Under the pieces are notes generated by a model that saw only the letters and a program-made list of their open reading frames with translations, did not search any database and had not been told where the DNA came from. Of a DNA stretch of 64,000 bases, positions 35,701-49,289 are shown in pieces; positions within the stretch are counted from its first letter, which is position 1; each line of letters starts with the position of its first letter. Where the stretch lies: assembly GCA_903813345.2 (NCBI GenBank), contig CAIIXF020000001.1:3348001-3412000 (forward strand), read 5' to 3'. A program made the position numbers and the translations under genes. The stretch comes from Owenia fusiformis. Lineage: Eukaryota.

Positions 35701-38700
35701 ATCAAACATGGTTTTTGAGAAACCGAAAACTTAAAGAAACTGGAAAATGATTATTACTTGTTTTGTTAGATCTAGTAGCTCAGATAATTTCAGTTTTGTT
35801 GTCTTTATAGTTTTAGTTTATTTTCTATTTTGGTTTCAGTATTTAGCCATAATATCCCAAAATTATCTTTTTAAAATATTTTTAATGCATGTTCATTATT
35901 ATTTAATTTTTGTATGCAAATTCTGAAATCACTTGTTTACACTGGACATGTATTATAGTGCAAATTATCCATTGCAATGTTGTTCCTTTAAATTAGTGCA
36001 GGTAGGTAGGTATTCACCATATTCACCTCATATATTGTTATCCCATATGTGCTTTTAGAATTCATTCCCAAGTGGCTGAACAGATTCTCATTCATATATT
36101 TAGTCCTAGATCATTTCCCAATTTTTTGTTTTGTTTTTATGTCACCACCAAAAGTGGTGACATATTATTAAAGTCTCCAACTCTTTGTGGACTGTGTTCA
36201 GCAGTTGATGTTCGGTGGTTGGTGTTCAGCATCTGTAATAAATGGCAGGTAGTGACATTTTGCATGCTGATGCCTTGTTAATAATTGAAATGAAATTGTT
36301 TAGTTTTGAATTATTATGATTTCATAGTAATTTTATTTTGACTTGAATGTAACCTATTCAATCATGATTAACCAAACGTGTGATGTGCTCGAGTGAAAGT
36401 GTGTGTGTTTGGATCAGTGTGATAAGAAAGAAAATAAAAAGTAATATCTGGAGTACATTTCATCAAGAAAGGTTTTAAACTCAATGATGTACAGGTGTGT
36501 AGATTTGAGTAAGCTTTGTATTTGGTAAATGCTCCAGATGTAACACTCCCATGTGATCGATGTATGAATGTGGCTTTATTCCCAACTGGCTTACATCTTG
36601 ATGAGAACATCTTTCATTTACATGTGCTTATGTAAAGCTCACATGTTCTTCACATGAAAACACATATTTTGCAATTATAAACAGAAGCACTATGAGATAC
36701 AAATTCGAACATTTTCTCATCACCAAATTTTGCACTTTGTCATTTCATCTTAGAAATCAGTATAAAATTTTTATGTTGAAAATATATTTACTATTAGTTT
36801 TATTATATCCATCACACTATTTGCAACTCAAGACAACACTAATAAAGTTTTTAAAGAATTACCAACTGAACATAAAATCTTGTTACCATGACAACGAGAA
36901 ATCAGATTTATACAAACATTGATTTTACTTGTAGACGAAAGCCCAGGCTATTCCCAACCAGGGAGTATGGGACATGAGAGGTAAACAGTTTTACAGTGGA
37001 ATAGAGATCAGAGTCTGGGCAATTGCATGTTTTGCACCTCAGCGTACAGTCAGAGAAGATGCTCTAAGGTAAAAACAATATAGCCCCCAAGAGTGCTTTA
37101 AATAATAATTATTCAATAATTGTATATATGAAATTATAAACAGTTTGTTGAGGGGAGAAGTACTCATGAAAATATAGAACAAATGAAGTAAGAATGATCC
37201 ATCCCCTGGACAAAGATCACATGACTGAGGTCAAGGTCACGAGGTAACTGAGACTTCAAACTGTTAGAATCGAAGAGTTTTACTTCTGAAATGCTAAGCA
37301 AATAAAGATAAATTCAACAAATAGTAAACTTAACTCAAGGGTACACAAGAACAAGTTAACTTGTGTTGCTTTGGGCACTTTAGAGAAACAATCATTTTCG
37401 ATAAATAGTAAATAAAAAATTTTCCAGTTTTATGATGAGAAAAAAGCCTTGCTATTTAATATTTATGAATTATTTTTCAGAAACTTCACATCCCAGTTAC
37501 AACGTATATCTAACGATGCAGGAATGCCTGTAGGGGGTCAACCATGTTTCTGTAAGTACGCCACAGGCCCTGACCAGGTAGAGCCCATGTTTAGATACCT
37601 GAAGAACACATACCAGGGCCTACAGCTCATCGTCGTTGTGCTTCCTGGAAAAACACCCGTATATGGTAAGTGTTGAAATTTTATTACAGTAAAGACATTT
37701 CAATTGAACAACTCTCTACAAAGAAGTTAGTCCCATTTACATGTAATATAAATGAACCCCCACTATCTATGAGGAACTATTTGGCCAATACTGAATGTGT
37801 TCTGTTGACACAGGTTTTATAATATGAAGTAAAACCTGTTTCTTTGAATACCAAAAGGGTTCCCTGGGGTTTGAAAAACAAAAATCCCTGGCCTGGAAAA
37901 GTTCATGAATTTCAGAATTTCCTTTAAAATGTCTAAAATTGATTTTATGCTGGTAGCATGTCTGTGATGTTCTTTTTTGTGTAATGCCAAGAATAACAGT
38001 TCCCTTTACTACATGGAAGTTTCTATGTATTTTAGCTGAGGTTAAGCGAGTGGGTGATATTCTATTTGGTTTGGCCACTCAGTGTGTTCAGGCAAAGAAC
38101 GTCATTAAAACATCCCCACAGACCCTCTCTAACCTATGCCTTAAGATCAACGTCAAACTAGGTGGCATCAACAGTATACTCATGCCTAGTGTTAGGTAAG
38201 TCATACATTTCTGCTATAGGTTCATTGTAAACAAAATTATATACTGTATTCTCTGTATTGGCTTGGGAGTTTATGAAATTCGAAATACATCCTTCAGACC
38301 ATTCAAATAAGCGCCCATAAATGAACGTTAAAAATCCCTGGTAGTTTCATATGTGGCAATTTTCTTGCCAAGAATGGCTTATTCTCATTTGAATTTATAT
38401 CTTAAATTTTTAATTGAATGACAGATCATCATTTTCAAGTTCACAGCCCTGAAGTGCGCAGAAGCTTTCTTGGTTACATGTTGAAACATTGTTCTTAAAC
38501 TTGAACATTTCCTTCATTCATATATCAGGCCAGCAATATTCCGAGAGCCTCTCATCTTCATTGGTGCCGACGTAACTCACCCGCCAGCAGGTGACGTGAC
38601 AAAACCCTCAATAGCAGCCGTTGTGGGCTCACAGGATGCCCATCCCAGTCGATACGCCAGCACTGTCAGAGTCCAGTCTCACCGGCAAGAAATTATCACC

Positions 38701-41700
38701 GATCTAGCCGCCATGGTCAAAGAACTGCTCGTCCATTTTTACAAGTCCACCAAGTTTAAGCCCACCAGAATCATCATGTACAGGGATGGTGTCAGTGAGG
38801 GCCAGTTCGCTGAGGTTAGTAGCTTGCTTGATTACTCATTGAAATCAAGAATCGCAACATTTTTAAATGTTATATTCAATATTGAATATAACATTTTTGT
38901 TAACTGACATTCAGTATCTTTAACAAATGGTACTTTTGTGACTGCAGTCATGTGATGACATTTTTTAAAGTTAAAATGGTGCTTTGTTGCTGTTGAAATG
39001 AGAAGAATATATACTATTAAGAGAATACTTTTACACTTGCTTGTGTTCTTCATTGAATTCAGGATTACTTTGTGCTTCCATCTGTTCTTTTTTCAATTAA
39101 ATTCAAATTGCTTCTGGTTTATAAGTAAAACATGATTGTTGAAAATCTAATTAGCCATGAAATGTATATGCCCCTGGCCTTTTTCTTTTTCGTGTATTGT
39201 ATGAAACATTGTTTGATTGACTTTTAATTTAATAAATTGAATTGAACTGAATTGAATTGAATTGAACTGAACTGAATAACAATTAGAGTAAAACCTGTAG
39301 AAATGAACACCTTTGGTACCTCAAATTTAGAAGGTGTTCCACTTGCAGAAGTTCATTTAGCAATATTCAGTTATTCAGTAATAGTTGAAAAGTGTTCCAT
39401 TTATGGGAGTGCTTCTCTTACAGAGGTCTTCCCCTTCACAGGTTTTACTTTAGATAACTTCAGTTGTTCTTGAAGTAAGTAGTATGTTAATGATTTTATA
39501 AAAAATTCTTGTTAGGTTTTGGTGCGTGAGCTACGTGCCTTACGTGAGGCCTGCATGAAGCTGGAAGTTGGTTATCAACCAGGAATCACATTCATTGTGG
39601 TCCAGAAGAGACATCACACAAGACTCTTCTGTGCAGACAGGAAGGACCAGGTAATATAATACAGAGTTTCATGTCATCATTGAAAAGTTAAGCTACATGT
39701 TTTTTAAGAAAACGTGTACATGAGTGTCTAATATTATGACCCCAGGGATTACAGAAAGGACCAGGTAATATAATACAGAGTTTCATGTCATCATTGGAAA
39801 GTTAAGCTACATGTTTTTTAAGAAAACGTGTACATGAGCGTCTAATATTATGACCCCAGGGATTACAGGAAGGACCAGGTAATATAATACATGATTCATG
39901 TCATCATTGGAAAGTTAAGCTACACGTTTTTTAAGAAAACGTGTACATGAGTGTCTAATATTATGACCCCAGGGATTACAGAAAGGACCAGGTAATATAA
40001 TACAGAGTTTGATGTCATCATTGGAAAGCTGAGTGTGTGATGTGTAATATTATGACCCCAGGGATAACCATCCTCATCTCACATGACTCTTCCAGGGACC
40101 TAATTACTACTATTTCCCTTATGCCTTTATTCTCAGTAAATACAATGAAAAGAAGAATTTATGTTAACTGAAAATGTCTAACTTCTGAAGTTTGTCCTGA
40201 TTGGTTAACAAATGGCTACATATTTTTGGGCATTGACCTAATTTCTACTCAGCTATAAACTGAACATAGACATAAGCTATTGTAGAATGAATCATCACCT
40301 TCTCTAGATTCTAAATTGATTTGTGTAAGAGTGCTAACATTTCTCATGTTTGTTGTTAGATTGGGCGCAGTGGTAACATTCCAGCAGGTACAACAGTGGA
40401 TGTAGGTATCACCCACCCCACAGAGTTTGATTTCTACCTATGCAGCCATGCTGGGATCCAAGGCACAAGTAGGCCTTCTCATTATCACGTCCTGTGGGAT
40501 GATAACCGATTCACAGCTGATGAGCTGCAGATGTTGACATATCAGCTGTGCCACACCTATGTACGTTGTACCAGAAGTGTCTCGATTCCTGCACCTGCTT
40601 ACTATGCACATCTTGTGGCATTCAGAGCCAGATATCACCTTGTAGAGAAAGATCATGATAGGTAAAGTAGCATATACCTATTTTATGTCTAGTCCTGTTT
40701 TACTAAGTACTTATTATTGTGAGTTCATTTTTATGTCCCCATCATATGTGATGGAGAGATTACTTTTTAACAACTGTCAGTCTCTCGGTCTATTACTAAA
40801 ATCTAGAAGTTTAGGGTATCAAATGAATTAGGGAAATTTTTTAGTCCTTAACATTCATTTTTACATTCACAGTAAATGAGCATTTCAAACTTTTTTGCAA
40901 AATCTATACACTTAATGATGACTGCATCAGGCTGACGTGTTTAACCATGTGTAAAGTAAAATTTTGATTCAATCACACAAGTAAATTCATAGAGGTAATA
41001 AGCAGTATAAGGGTTCACTGGGTAATACATGGTGCCCTTAAAAGAACTTTCTAAAGATTTTTTATCTCTCTTAACTCTAACTTCATTCTATGTATACTAT
41101 AGCCTGTCTAATCTGAACGCAATTTAGATCTGCCAAAAGTTTTCTGATCACCAGGTATTCTCCTTTTGAGGTCTTAAGATCAGAGCATATGAAATAATGG
41201 ACTAAAAAAGATTCACATTGAGAGGTGTTCAATCATATAATAGGTGTTTGGATATACATGTTTTACTGTAGTTTAACATGGGGACATTCTACACTCTTGT
41301 GCTTTATTATTTCAGCAGAAACAAAGCAAATATTACCCAACAGAAAATGTCATTAAAAGAAAATGCCTATTCCAATCCATAGTTCACTTGTTATAATTTT
41401 TATTTATTTACATTAATTTACATATTGTTTTGATATTAAGTACATTGAACCCCCTTTACATTGTATACTGGCTTTCCTCTCTCTGGGGGGTGGTAGTTTG
41501 CCTATAAACCCGTCTGTTAAGTTTGTGAAAGAAGTTTATAACTTTGCAGTCTGCATGATACTGCAACAAGAAAGATGTTCAACATGACATAAAACATTAA
41601 GTTCTCAACAAACTCCAGTACTACAGTAGTATTGGAGAATATGTAACAGTGTATCTTTGGTTCATAAACTTCTTACTCTAGTTCCATTTTATATAAATGA

Positions 41701-43743
41701 TTCAGTCATGTTGGTCATGCTTCTGTGCATTTGCTTTATGCATGTGTGTCTAATGCCCTTTAGTTCAATTACTAGTGTATTCGTCACTATGGTGATGCTC
41801 TTGAAATATTTAATGAAAGCCAAAGTTTCATCAGTTCCAGTTATAAAAATGGATGCTAAAAGGAATAACTGATACACATGACTAATAAAAACATGCATGT
41901 CCTCAGAGTTGATACTAAAGTTTCACTATGCTGCCAATGGGGTTTCTATTCAGGATATCTTAATCACACTTGCTAGTTTTCTGTGTTCCAAGGTGCAAAT
42001 TTCTGCAAATAAAAATAGCAAATCTGTAAAGATTCTGCATTTATTGCAGCTGTTTTTTGGGGTTTAATTTGAAGTGTAGAAAATGTGTGATTCAATGAAG
42101 TAATTTTCTTTAATGAACATATGACAATTTAATACATGTCGATGTATTATATTTCATTGCTTCTGTTGTGCACATATTGATCAACATTGTAGGAAATGTC
42201 TAGAAATATAAGGTTTATGTATCCTAGATGAGCCGTTTCTGTTTTGTTAATTTGCAGTATTGAAAAATTCTGTAAATGAAAATAGCATTTTTCTGTTGTG
42301 TGTAGAAAATGGAAAACTGTAAGTGTGATTAATAAATGACAATTATTGAAATACATGCATCATGTTTTTAATGTATATCAGAATTCACAAACTTAACCAG
42401 TCAGATTGATGGCAATTTTTCCCACCTTAATCTTGATTCATTTTTGAAACAAGTGCTTTAGATTTAACATTTAAAAGAGCAATTAAACGATTCATAAATT
42501 CTGATATTACAGTATACTTAGTGGTAGCGGGATGCCAGTCATCTAACACGAATTATAAGCTTGTGTTGTGCATATGTTTCTTTTATTTTATTCTGCACAG
42601 TGCTGACAATGGAAGTTCAGGGAATGGTCACAGTTTCCATGCTTACGGGTCAACATCTGTATACAGGTACAAAATATAAAACATTTATTTCATTTTTAAC
42701 TTTTTGTTGTTTTCTGTTATTGCTTGCATATAGGAAATAACATAAGACCCTGCCCAAGAGGCTTTGTACTCCCAGAGTTTTTCTTGATTTGTTTTTAAAA
42801 ATCTGAGTTAACTGTGAATTTCAAGGGCATCATTGTGTATTGTTAATATGTTGGTGTGCTGTGGCTGCTGTGTGTGTTGTGTGGCTATTAACCACTGCTA
42901 GCTTATAGTCTACTCTGTAACCTGCATTCACTTATACCTCCTGTCAATATGCAACAACCATATTATCAATCCAATACCACTTTTTATGTTGAGACACCTA
43001 ATCACTGTGTCCAATTTTAATTATATATTTTTGGGAAATATTGTCCTGTTTCTACTCACTACTAAGCGGGTAGCAAAAATTTCAACACAAAGGAGTGACA
43101 CCAGTAGGTTCCTGCCAAAATGATACATTATTGCTTGGAAATTTTGAATGTGCTTGTTTATAAACATAAAAACACAAAACCATGTCTCTTCTATCAAAGC
43201 AATCCAACATATATTATCAGATATTCAATAGACATAGATACAATTTTTGCTTTTTGAGAGACATTATAATTCAAGAAAAAAGATGGCAGTGTGGGTGGTC
43301 TTAAGGAAAGCATGGTGACCAGAAACAAGAATTACTTTTGCTTGGCCTAATTTATCTTCTGTGAAATTAGCTTTCATTATGCTTAACTGCAGTTTGTGCT
43401 TTTTATTTTTACAATTTACACATAATTTCCATGTATGCTTATTAGCATGATAACAGAATGCCCCTTTATAAAATTGGAATAAACCATTTAGATCAGTCAA
43501 AAGTCCTCTTACCTTACCTAAAAAATAGAAGGATTGGACTACCACTAGGGCTAACCCAAACTCTGATTCCTTCACATTTACCTTTATTTGAAGTAGACGT
43601 GTAATTAATTAATGATGTTGTTTGCTTTCAGTGGGGAGGGCAGCCAGTTGTCTGGAGATCCATCGACTGACCACAACCCCCAGGCTCTGGCGAGGGCCGT
43701 CTCAGTGCATCCTGATACATTCAAAGTCATGTATTTTGCCTAG
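20769..43743 (+). CDS. AGO: AGO-clade Argonaute (miRNA type, similar to vertebrate AGO1-4 and insect Ago1), about 922-971 aa depending on isoform, DEDH intact
   Basis: Exons E1 20769-20796, E2 22052-22129 (cassette), E3 24602-24974, E4 25676-25796 (GC donor), E5 26496-26677, E6a/b, E7a/b, E8 30435-30522, E9 30876-30959, E10 31252-31315, E11a/b, E12 33197-33244, E13a/b, E14 36935-37068, E15 37481-37665, E16 38036-38195, E17 38529-38814, E18 39516-39650, E19 40360-40661, E20 42601-42666 (cassette), E21 43632-43743. Motifs: [15 protein letters not shown] (PAZ), GKTPVYAEVKR (MID), [29 protein letters not shown], and C-terminal MYFA*. E1 and E2 are less certain than the rest. Confidence 0.97.
22052..22129 (+). 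CDS. AGO: Argonaute N-terminal cassette exon (78 nt, phase 1-1)
   Basis: Pyrimidine tract + acag|CG AAT...CCA G|gtaaat; open frame (A)[25 protein letters not shown]. Confidence 0.6.
27001..27676 (-). mobile_element. Degenerate HINE/pearl-like element in Argonaute intron 5
   Basis: Reverse-complement similarity to both ends of the element at 55321-56598 (attatcccatcgaa..gaagtt..., ...ctttggcgttgctgtt). Confidence 0.65.
27851..27990 (+). CDS. AGO: Argonaute exon 6a (L1 linker)
   Basis: 140 nt, [50 protein letters not shown]. Confidence 0.93.
28458..28795. mobile_element. Old MITE between Argonaute exons 6a and 6b
   Basis: Imperfect TIR ttagggatgttccctgga / tccagggtacatccttaa. Confidence 0.45.
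29136..29272 (+). CDS. AGO: Argonaute exon 6b (L1 linker)
   Basis: 137 nt, [49 protein letters not shown]. Confidence 0.93.
29655..29789 (+). CDS. AGO: Argonaute exon 7a (L1 end / PAZ start)
   Basis: 135 nt, [49 protein letters not shown]. Confidence 0.92.
29825..29959 (+). CDS. AGO: Argonaute exon 7b (L1 end / PAZ start)
   Basis: 135 nt, [49 protein letters not shown]. Confidence 0.93.
31775..31846 (+). CDS. AGO: Argonaute exon 11a (PAZ end / helix-7)
   Basis: 72 nt, [28 protein letters not shown]. Confidence 0.9.
31878..31949 (+). CDS. AGO: Argonaute exon 11b (PAZ end / helix-7)
   Basis: 72 nt, [28 protein letters not shown]. Confidence 0.9.
34496..34618 (+). CDS. AGO: Argonaute exon 13a (L2)
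   Basis: 123 nt, [45 protein letters not shown]. Confidence 0.92.
35171..35293 (+). CDS. AGO: Argonaute exon 13b (L2)
   Basis: 123 nt, [45 protein letters not shown]. Confidence 0.92.
39637..40064 (+). repeat. ~114-nt tandem repeat (about 3.7 copies) spanning the Argonaute E18 donor
   Basis: The unit starts acagRaaggaccag|gtaatataat; GT donors at 39651, 39765, 39879 and 39992. Confidence 0.95.
42601..42666 (+). CDS. AGO: Argonaute C-terminal cassette exon (66 nt, phase 2-2)
   Basis: Long pyrimidine tract + gcacag|T GCT GAC...TAC AG|gtacaa; open frame (S)[21 protein letters not shown](S). Phases match the E19/E21 junction. Confidence 0.65.
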
Positions 43744-46700
43744 ACATATCTTAAAGATGTGTGCTGGAGAAGGGTCACAAAATGAAAGCGCAAAGTAGAT
43801 TGGTCTAATCAAAGCTGTATTTATTAACTGAAAATCTCACCAGGAGTGCCGGGTATTTAGTACGCTCATTGGCTGATAGATGGCTGTTGGAAAAGGAGTA
43901 ATTAAAACATTTGAAGACAGGAGTTGTTTCTCCACTTGCACATTGTATGCATGAGTTTATATCTAAGGTTTCAGAATCGCCTATTTAGTAGCGAACGATA
44001 GTGCACATATCCAATCCATCAAATGTATATTTTAGGTATTTTATTACTGGTTTTTATTTTACTGTGGTTTTCATGGTCAGATATGAGCTTCACCAGAACT
44101 TCTCACCAAATGTATTGTCACCATGAGGGAATACCACCAAGTAGGTAACATTGTATATATAGTTAAACAAATCCATGAGGTTTTTAGTTAACTTGGTTTT
44201 TAACTACAGACATTGTCTGCTAAAATACAATGTGCAGCTATTAATTTGCTGTCAAAAGCATTGCAATATCCATGTATCTCAAAAAGACAGACACAAGAGG
44301 GTGTTTGACAGTACTGAATATAGTCTGAAAGATCTCGCATTAACCTGCTTTATTTATAACAATGCCATATCAGTCTTAATAGCATGTAGCGCATTAAAGT
44401 ACTAGTAAAAAAATCTATGTAGCAAAACTTGTTTCATTCTGGACTACGAAATAATTATTACGATTTTCTGTTACAAGAACGTGTGTCGTGTGTTTATTGA
44501 TTAAATGAGTGAACTGCTATCTCAAAAATGACAAATAGCTCAATTTAACAGTGCAAAGTTAAATAACAATATTCAATAAGGACTCGTACCATTTTGCAAT
44601 TGTTAGAGATTATCTATTTTTCACTTGAGATTAACTAGTTTATAAGCCAGTGCCTTGTGAAAGCCAAAGAAATCATAAAATAACTTTTGAAAAAGTCTTG
44701 AAAAGAGAAATGCAATTGTCAAATGATATGAGTTCAATATCTTCCAGTCAAAAGTATTATGAGAGATTGCAATATTGTGTAGCATATCACTGTGATCGGG
44801 CAGTCGTGTTATCTCCCTCAGGAGCAAGGGAGCTTATGCAATTTACTGACACAATTTACTGTTGTCAGTTTTTCCATTCAAAACAACACTGCGTTTTGCA
44901 TGCAATTGCAAATGGAACAAAACCACATGTATTATTATGTAACACCTTTGTAATATTGTCACCCACTAAGCCTAAGACAGCTATGATAAGCTACTTTTTC
45001 AGGTAACACAAAGGTTGTTCTCGATGTCGGATTTAGATCAATATTACTAACTAACATCTTATTGTCCAAAAACTGAGATAATTCCCTGTGGCTTAATGAA
45101 TAACTTTTACTTAATTGTTTCATCCACAGCCAATCTAGCTGAAAGTTGAGTTCAGTTCATCTTGCAATACATGGCCATGGTATTTATACTTAAGCTTGGT
45201 TATGCGGTCGGTTATTCCAATTAAATTATACTGTATCTGGTAGAGTGCAGTCATACACTTCCTTATACCAAGTGCATTATGTGAGTGATCTTGCAATCTA
45301 CCAATCTCACTAGTTCTTCGGTACTGTATCTATTTTGCAATAGGTGGTTTTTGTTAGGTAAGAAAACTGATCTCTTAAAGCCAAGTGTATGTGAACACAT
45401 GGTTGCAGTGGTGCCTCTTTCACTATGTATGCAGAATGCATTTACTCAAAAGACATTTTCACTTAGGTGGAGCTAATGACCAAATACATAAAACAAGTTT
45501 TAATGTGGAGTATTGCCCTTTGAGGGTGTTAAACCATTGAATACAACATGGCCATAGTTTGACATGTGTACCAATAGATTTCAATATTTGACACTGTCTT
45601 TGGGCAAAAACTATATGCAATAGCAATAGTAATATTAGAGTTAATTCTGACATTTAAAACACTATTTTGTAGTCATAAAATGATCAAAGTTTAATATACA
45701 TAAAGTTGCGCTAAAGGATGTTGTCATGTAATGGCTGTGAAATAATGTCATCTCTACTGTATCCATGTATACGGTATCAATTTATAGCCATATATGGTAT
45801 CCATGTGTACAATATCATATGTACTATATCCATGTATATGGTATGGATACTTTAAGTATCAATTAATACAGTATTGATCATTACAATATTTATGGATATA
45901 GTATCAATATATACAGTGTCCATCATACAGTATCAACATTTACAGTATCCATGGATACAGTTGAGATATGGAACCTCTTAAGGGAATATGTCAAGTGGAT
46001 AGATCCAATGCAAAATCATGTTATTATGAATTTTGTGTTGCTTTATTCCATATTTTATATTTTGTAACACATTAATTTCTGGATACCTTAAATAACCATC
46101 CCTATCCGTACCACAACTTGGTATCCAGGAATTAATGCGAAACATTGCCTCAAATATGCAGACTAGGTGATAACTCAACGTTTAATAAATCTAATAAGGT
46201 ATACATGTTAGATATATTATTATATATATATATAATGCATGGTGACTGTTTAAAGAAGTCATTATATGTAAAAGGGCTGCCGGTCTTAGTATGGACCTTT
46301 TGACAAGTGTCAGTTAGGTTGTGTGATCACTAGACTGATGTGATGCTAAAATTGCCTATGCCTTTTAATGTAAATGGTCAATTTTACTATCCAACAATTC
46401 AATTCAAGGGATTCAATTACAATAAAGTTCAGTGTTTTTGTTATAAGCATGTAGCCATAAAGCTTCCAAAGACAAAAGACAATGTATTGAAAAGAATGTT
46501 CAGTTTGCGATTTTGTAAATATAGAAATAATTCCATTTATTCAAACCAAATGAAGCTAATGGCTATTCGAATGATATTTTGTAGTTATTCGTGTATTTTA
46601 GTCCTCTGTAATATACTGGGTGGCCTAAAAGTAGTTTTCCAGTTATTCAACAATCTCTATGTGAACTGTAAACCTACTTTTAGACCACCCTGTTTTGTTT

Positions 46701-48053
46701 GAATGGCCCATTTATTAAAATGGTCATCAAGGTGAAGGGATAGGTAAAGGCTGTGACTAAGACATTATGATGATGATAAGCCTATTGTGTGCCGAATAGA
46801 AGTAATATTTAAAATGCTTGAGGATCTCATTATAAAAATTGGCTGCTCAATACATACATTGGTATGATTAGTTAATATTTCTAAAATTCTTCAATTTATA
46901 TTAAGAAAAGTTGTGATAAATTAAAATATATTTTTAGATTTTTATCTAATCATACCTTGTCTCAGTCAGGTTAATTTCTCGTTTTGGCTTTTTCAACATT
47001 TTCTGCTAAGAATTATGAAGCTGGGAGTGATTGTTTTACATTGTGGACACATAACCCATTTATTTATGTTGTGATTACTTCACACATTACAATGTTATTA
47101 CATATTTATTATGTTCACACCAATATTTTTGACAATTGAAAACTATGTATTATTCAATTAATACAACATTTTCCAGGAAAATACCATTTACATTGCTATT
47201 TAATTCAGTTATAAATAGATTAGCCTTTAGCTATTCTGGAGAGAATTTGGATTTTATACGAGGGTCAATATGATATTGACCCCAGAAAATATTAGATTGA
47301 CACACTAAATCGTATTGTCCCTCGAATAAAATCCATACCCTTCCCTCTTATATTAAGTAGCCTCTATCTCATTGTACCTTTTCATTGAATTAATAGCAGA
47401 AATTTGTTATTAATCTCATTGTAATTCCAAAATCTTTAATGTAAAGTGTTTTTCTCAAACGTGAAAAGTGTATTTTAAATTATTGCTGTTTTATATTGAT
47501 AAGGTATGATAAGGTTTTTAGATTTTGTTTGATTCCATTGAAAATGCAAATCCACATTTGTAATTGTATATATAAACCCAAGCCTGGAATTAAAAATAAG
47601 TCTTGATCATGTTAAGTTTGAAAAAGTAGATATTTTTAAATCAATTGCACTAATTTATGAGATCATCCTTATAATCGTTTTCATCATTGAGTGTGTGTCA
47701 GTTTCTTGTTCACCATAGAAGTGTGGTTTAAAGATGAATAAAATGATTTAGCATTATGTTATTCTATTGACAACATTGCTCCCACCCTTTGAACCACCCA
47801 CCCATTCATATCAACCAACGTACAAACAGAACTGTGAAACAATTAAATGAAATTAGCTAAACAATCCGGGTATCAGAGGTATGTGGTTTCTTATCATTTA
47901 CTACATAAATGAAACTTTCATGATCATGAACAATTTTGTAAAATTCTATGAGCTAATAAATTATGCTGTATATTATATGCCACCTATACAAATATGTGTT
48001 GTTGTTTCCTTTAAAGGGGAATTTATGAAGGCCCCATCTAAAGTTTGAAAATA

Positions 48054-48526
48054 CAGGGTGACACAAAAAATGCCACCCACCTTACGTTGCATAACTTGTT
48101 TGTCTATGAACATATAGACTCGTCCTTTAGCACATTTTAAGTGGTTCAAAGTGTGAAGTGGGTCAAATTTTATGAGCATCACAATATATGTTCCATATGA
48201 TGTCCACTCCTTTGCAGGCAAACTTGAATTCTATGGGCAAACTTGTTGATTACCCTTACACATTGAGATATGGCCCTGATTTATCTTGTAATTGCTCTCT
48301 TTAAGTCAGTTGGGGTTTGGGGATTTTTGTCTCACATGGTCCAGTGACCCCAGATGTAAAAGTCTCATCAGGCCCACTCAATCTCAGATCTGAGGTTAAC
48401 GAGGAAGTCTCCAGTGAGAATATATTGTAACACTCATATTTGACCGACTTGAGCTACATATCTGAAATATCTCAAGGTGCTCACTCATTATGTCTACTTA
48501 AAATGTGCCATTTTTGTGTCACCCTG
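48054..48526. mobile_element. Tc1/mariner-like MITE
   Basis: ta|cagggtgacacaaaaa ... tttttgtgtcaccctg|ta. Confidence 0.8.
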
Positions 48527-49289
48527 TATGTTCTTATCATTGTCTCAATTTTTTCAAACTATGCTAAACTTTCAAATTAAACTAATGTAAATTGTCTAAT
48601 AAGGTTGAAAAGAAGAATATATTGTGTTTTATTTAGATATTATTATTTCATTGGATTCTATGAGAACTAAAATTTTGAAATGCATTTTTCTTTGAACCCC
48701 TTTCATACTGATTCATTCATCCATTCTCGCTTATTTATCAACTGATTTTTTCAAATTTTTTCTACAAAAGACACCAGGACAAATGCTATTCATTGGTGTG
48801 AAATATGGCCCATTAAACCATTTGTGAGGTCTAAAATTTAGTATTAAATAAATTCACGATTTTTCTAACAAAGACTTCAAACCCACTTTTCAAAATTAAA
48901 AAACAAATGATGATTCTCTTGTCTTTTGAACTATTTGTTCGCAAATATTTAGATTTTCTTAAACAATTGAAATTCACACGTTTGTGATAAGAAATGTGGA
49001 AATTCTGCTTACAATTCGTTAAATAAGTGGAAAAAAAACGTATCTTTGGTTTCGCCATTTTGATACTAAAATAGATGGGTTTCAATAACTAGTTTGAAGA
49101 GTGCAGTACCAGTGTAGAAGAGTTTGAAAATAGAGTATTTTAAACAGGTATAATTAGTGTTTAATATAAAAACAAGAACCACCAAGAAACAATTTTAGTT
49201 TTATGAAACAAAGTTTACCAATGGGAGTTTTTTCCACCACTTAGAAATTGCAATTGCTAGGAACATGTCTTCTCTTATGATAAATCCGA

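Noticed and set aside
20769-43743. Prokaryotic Argonaute defence system or PIWI-clade gene
   Set aside because: Spliceosomal introns and AGO-clade motifs ([24 protein letters not shown] end) identify a eukaryotic miRNA-type AGO.
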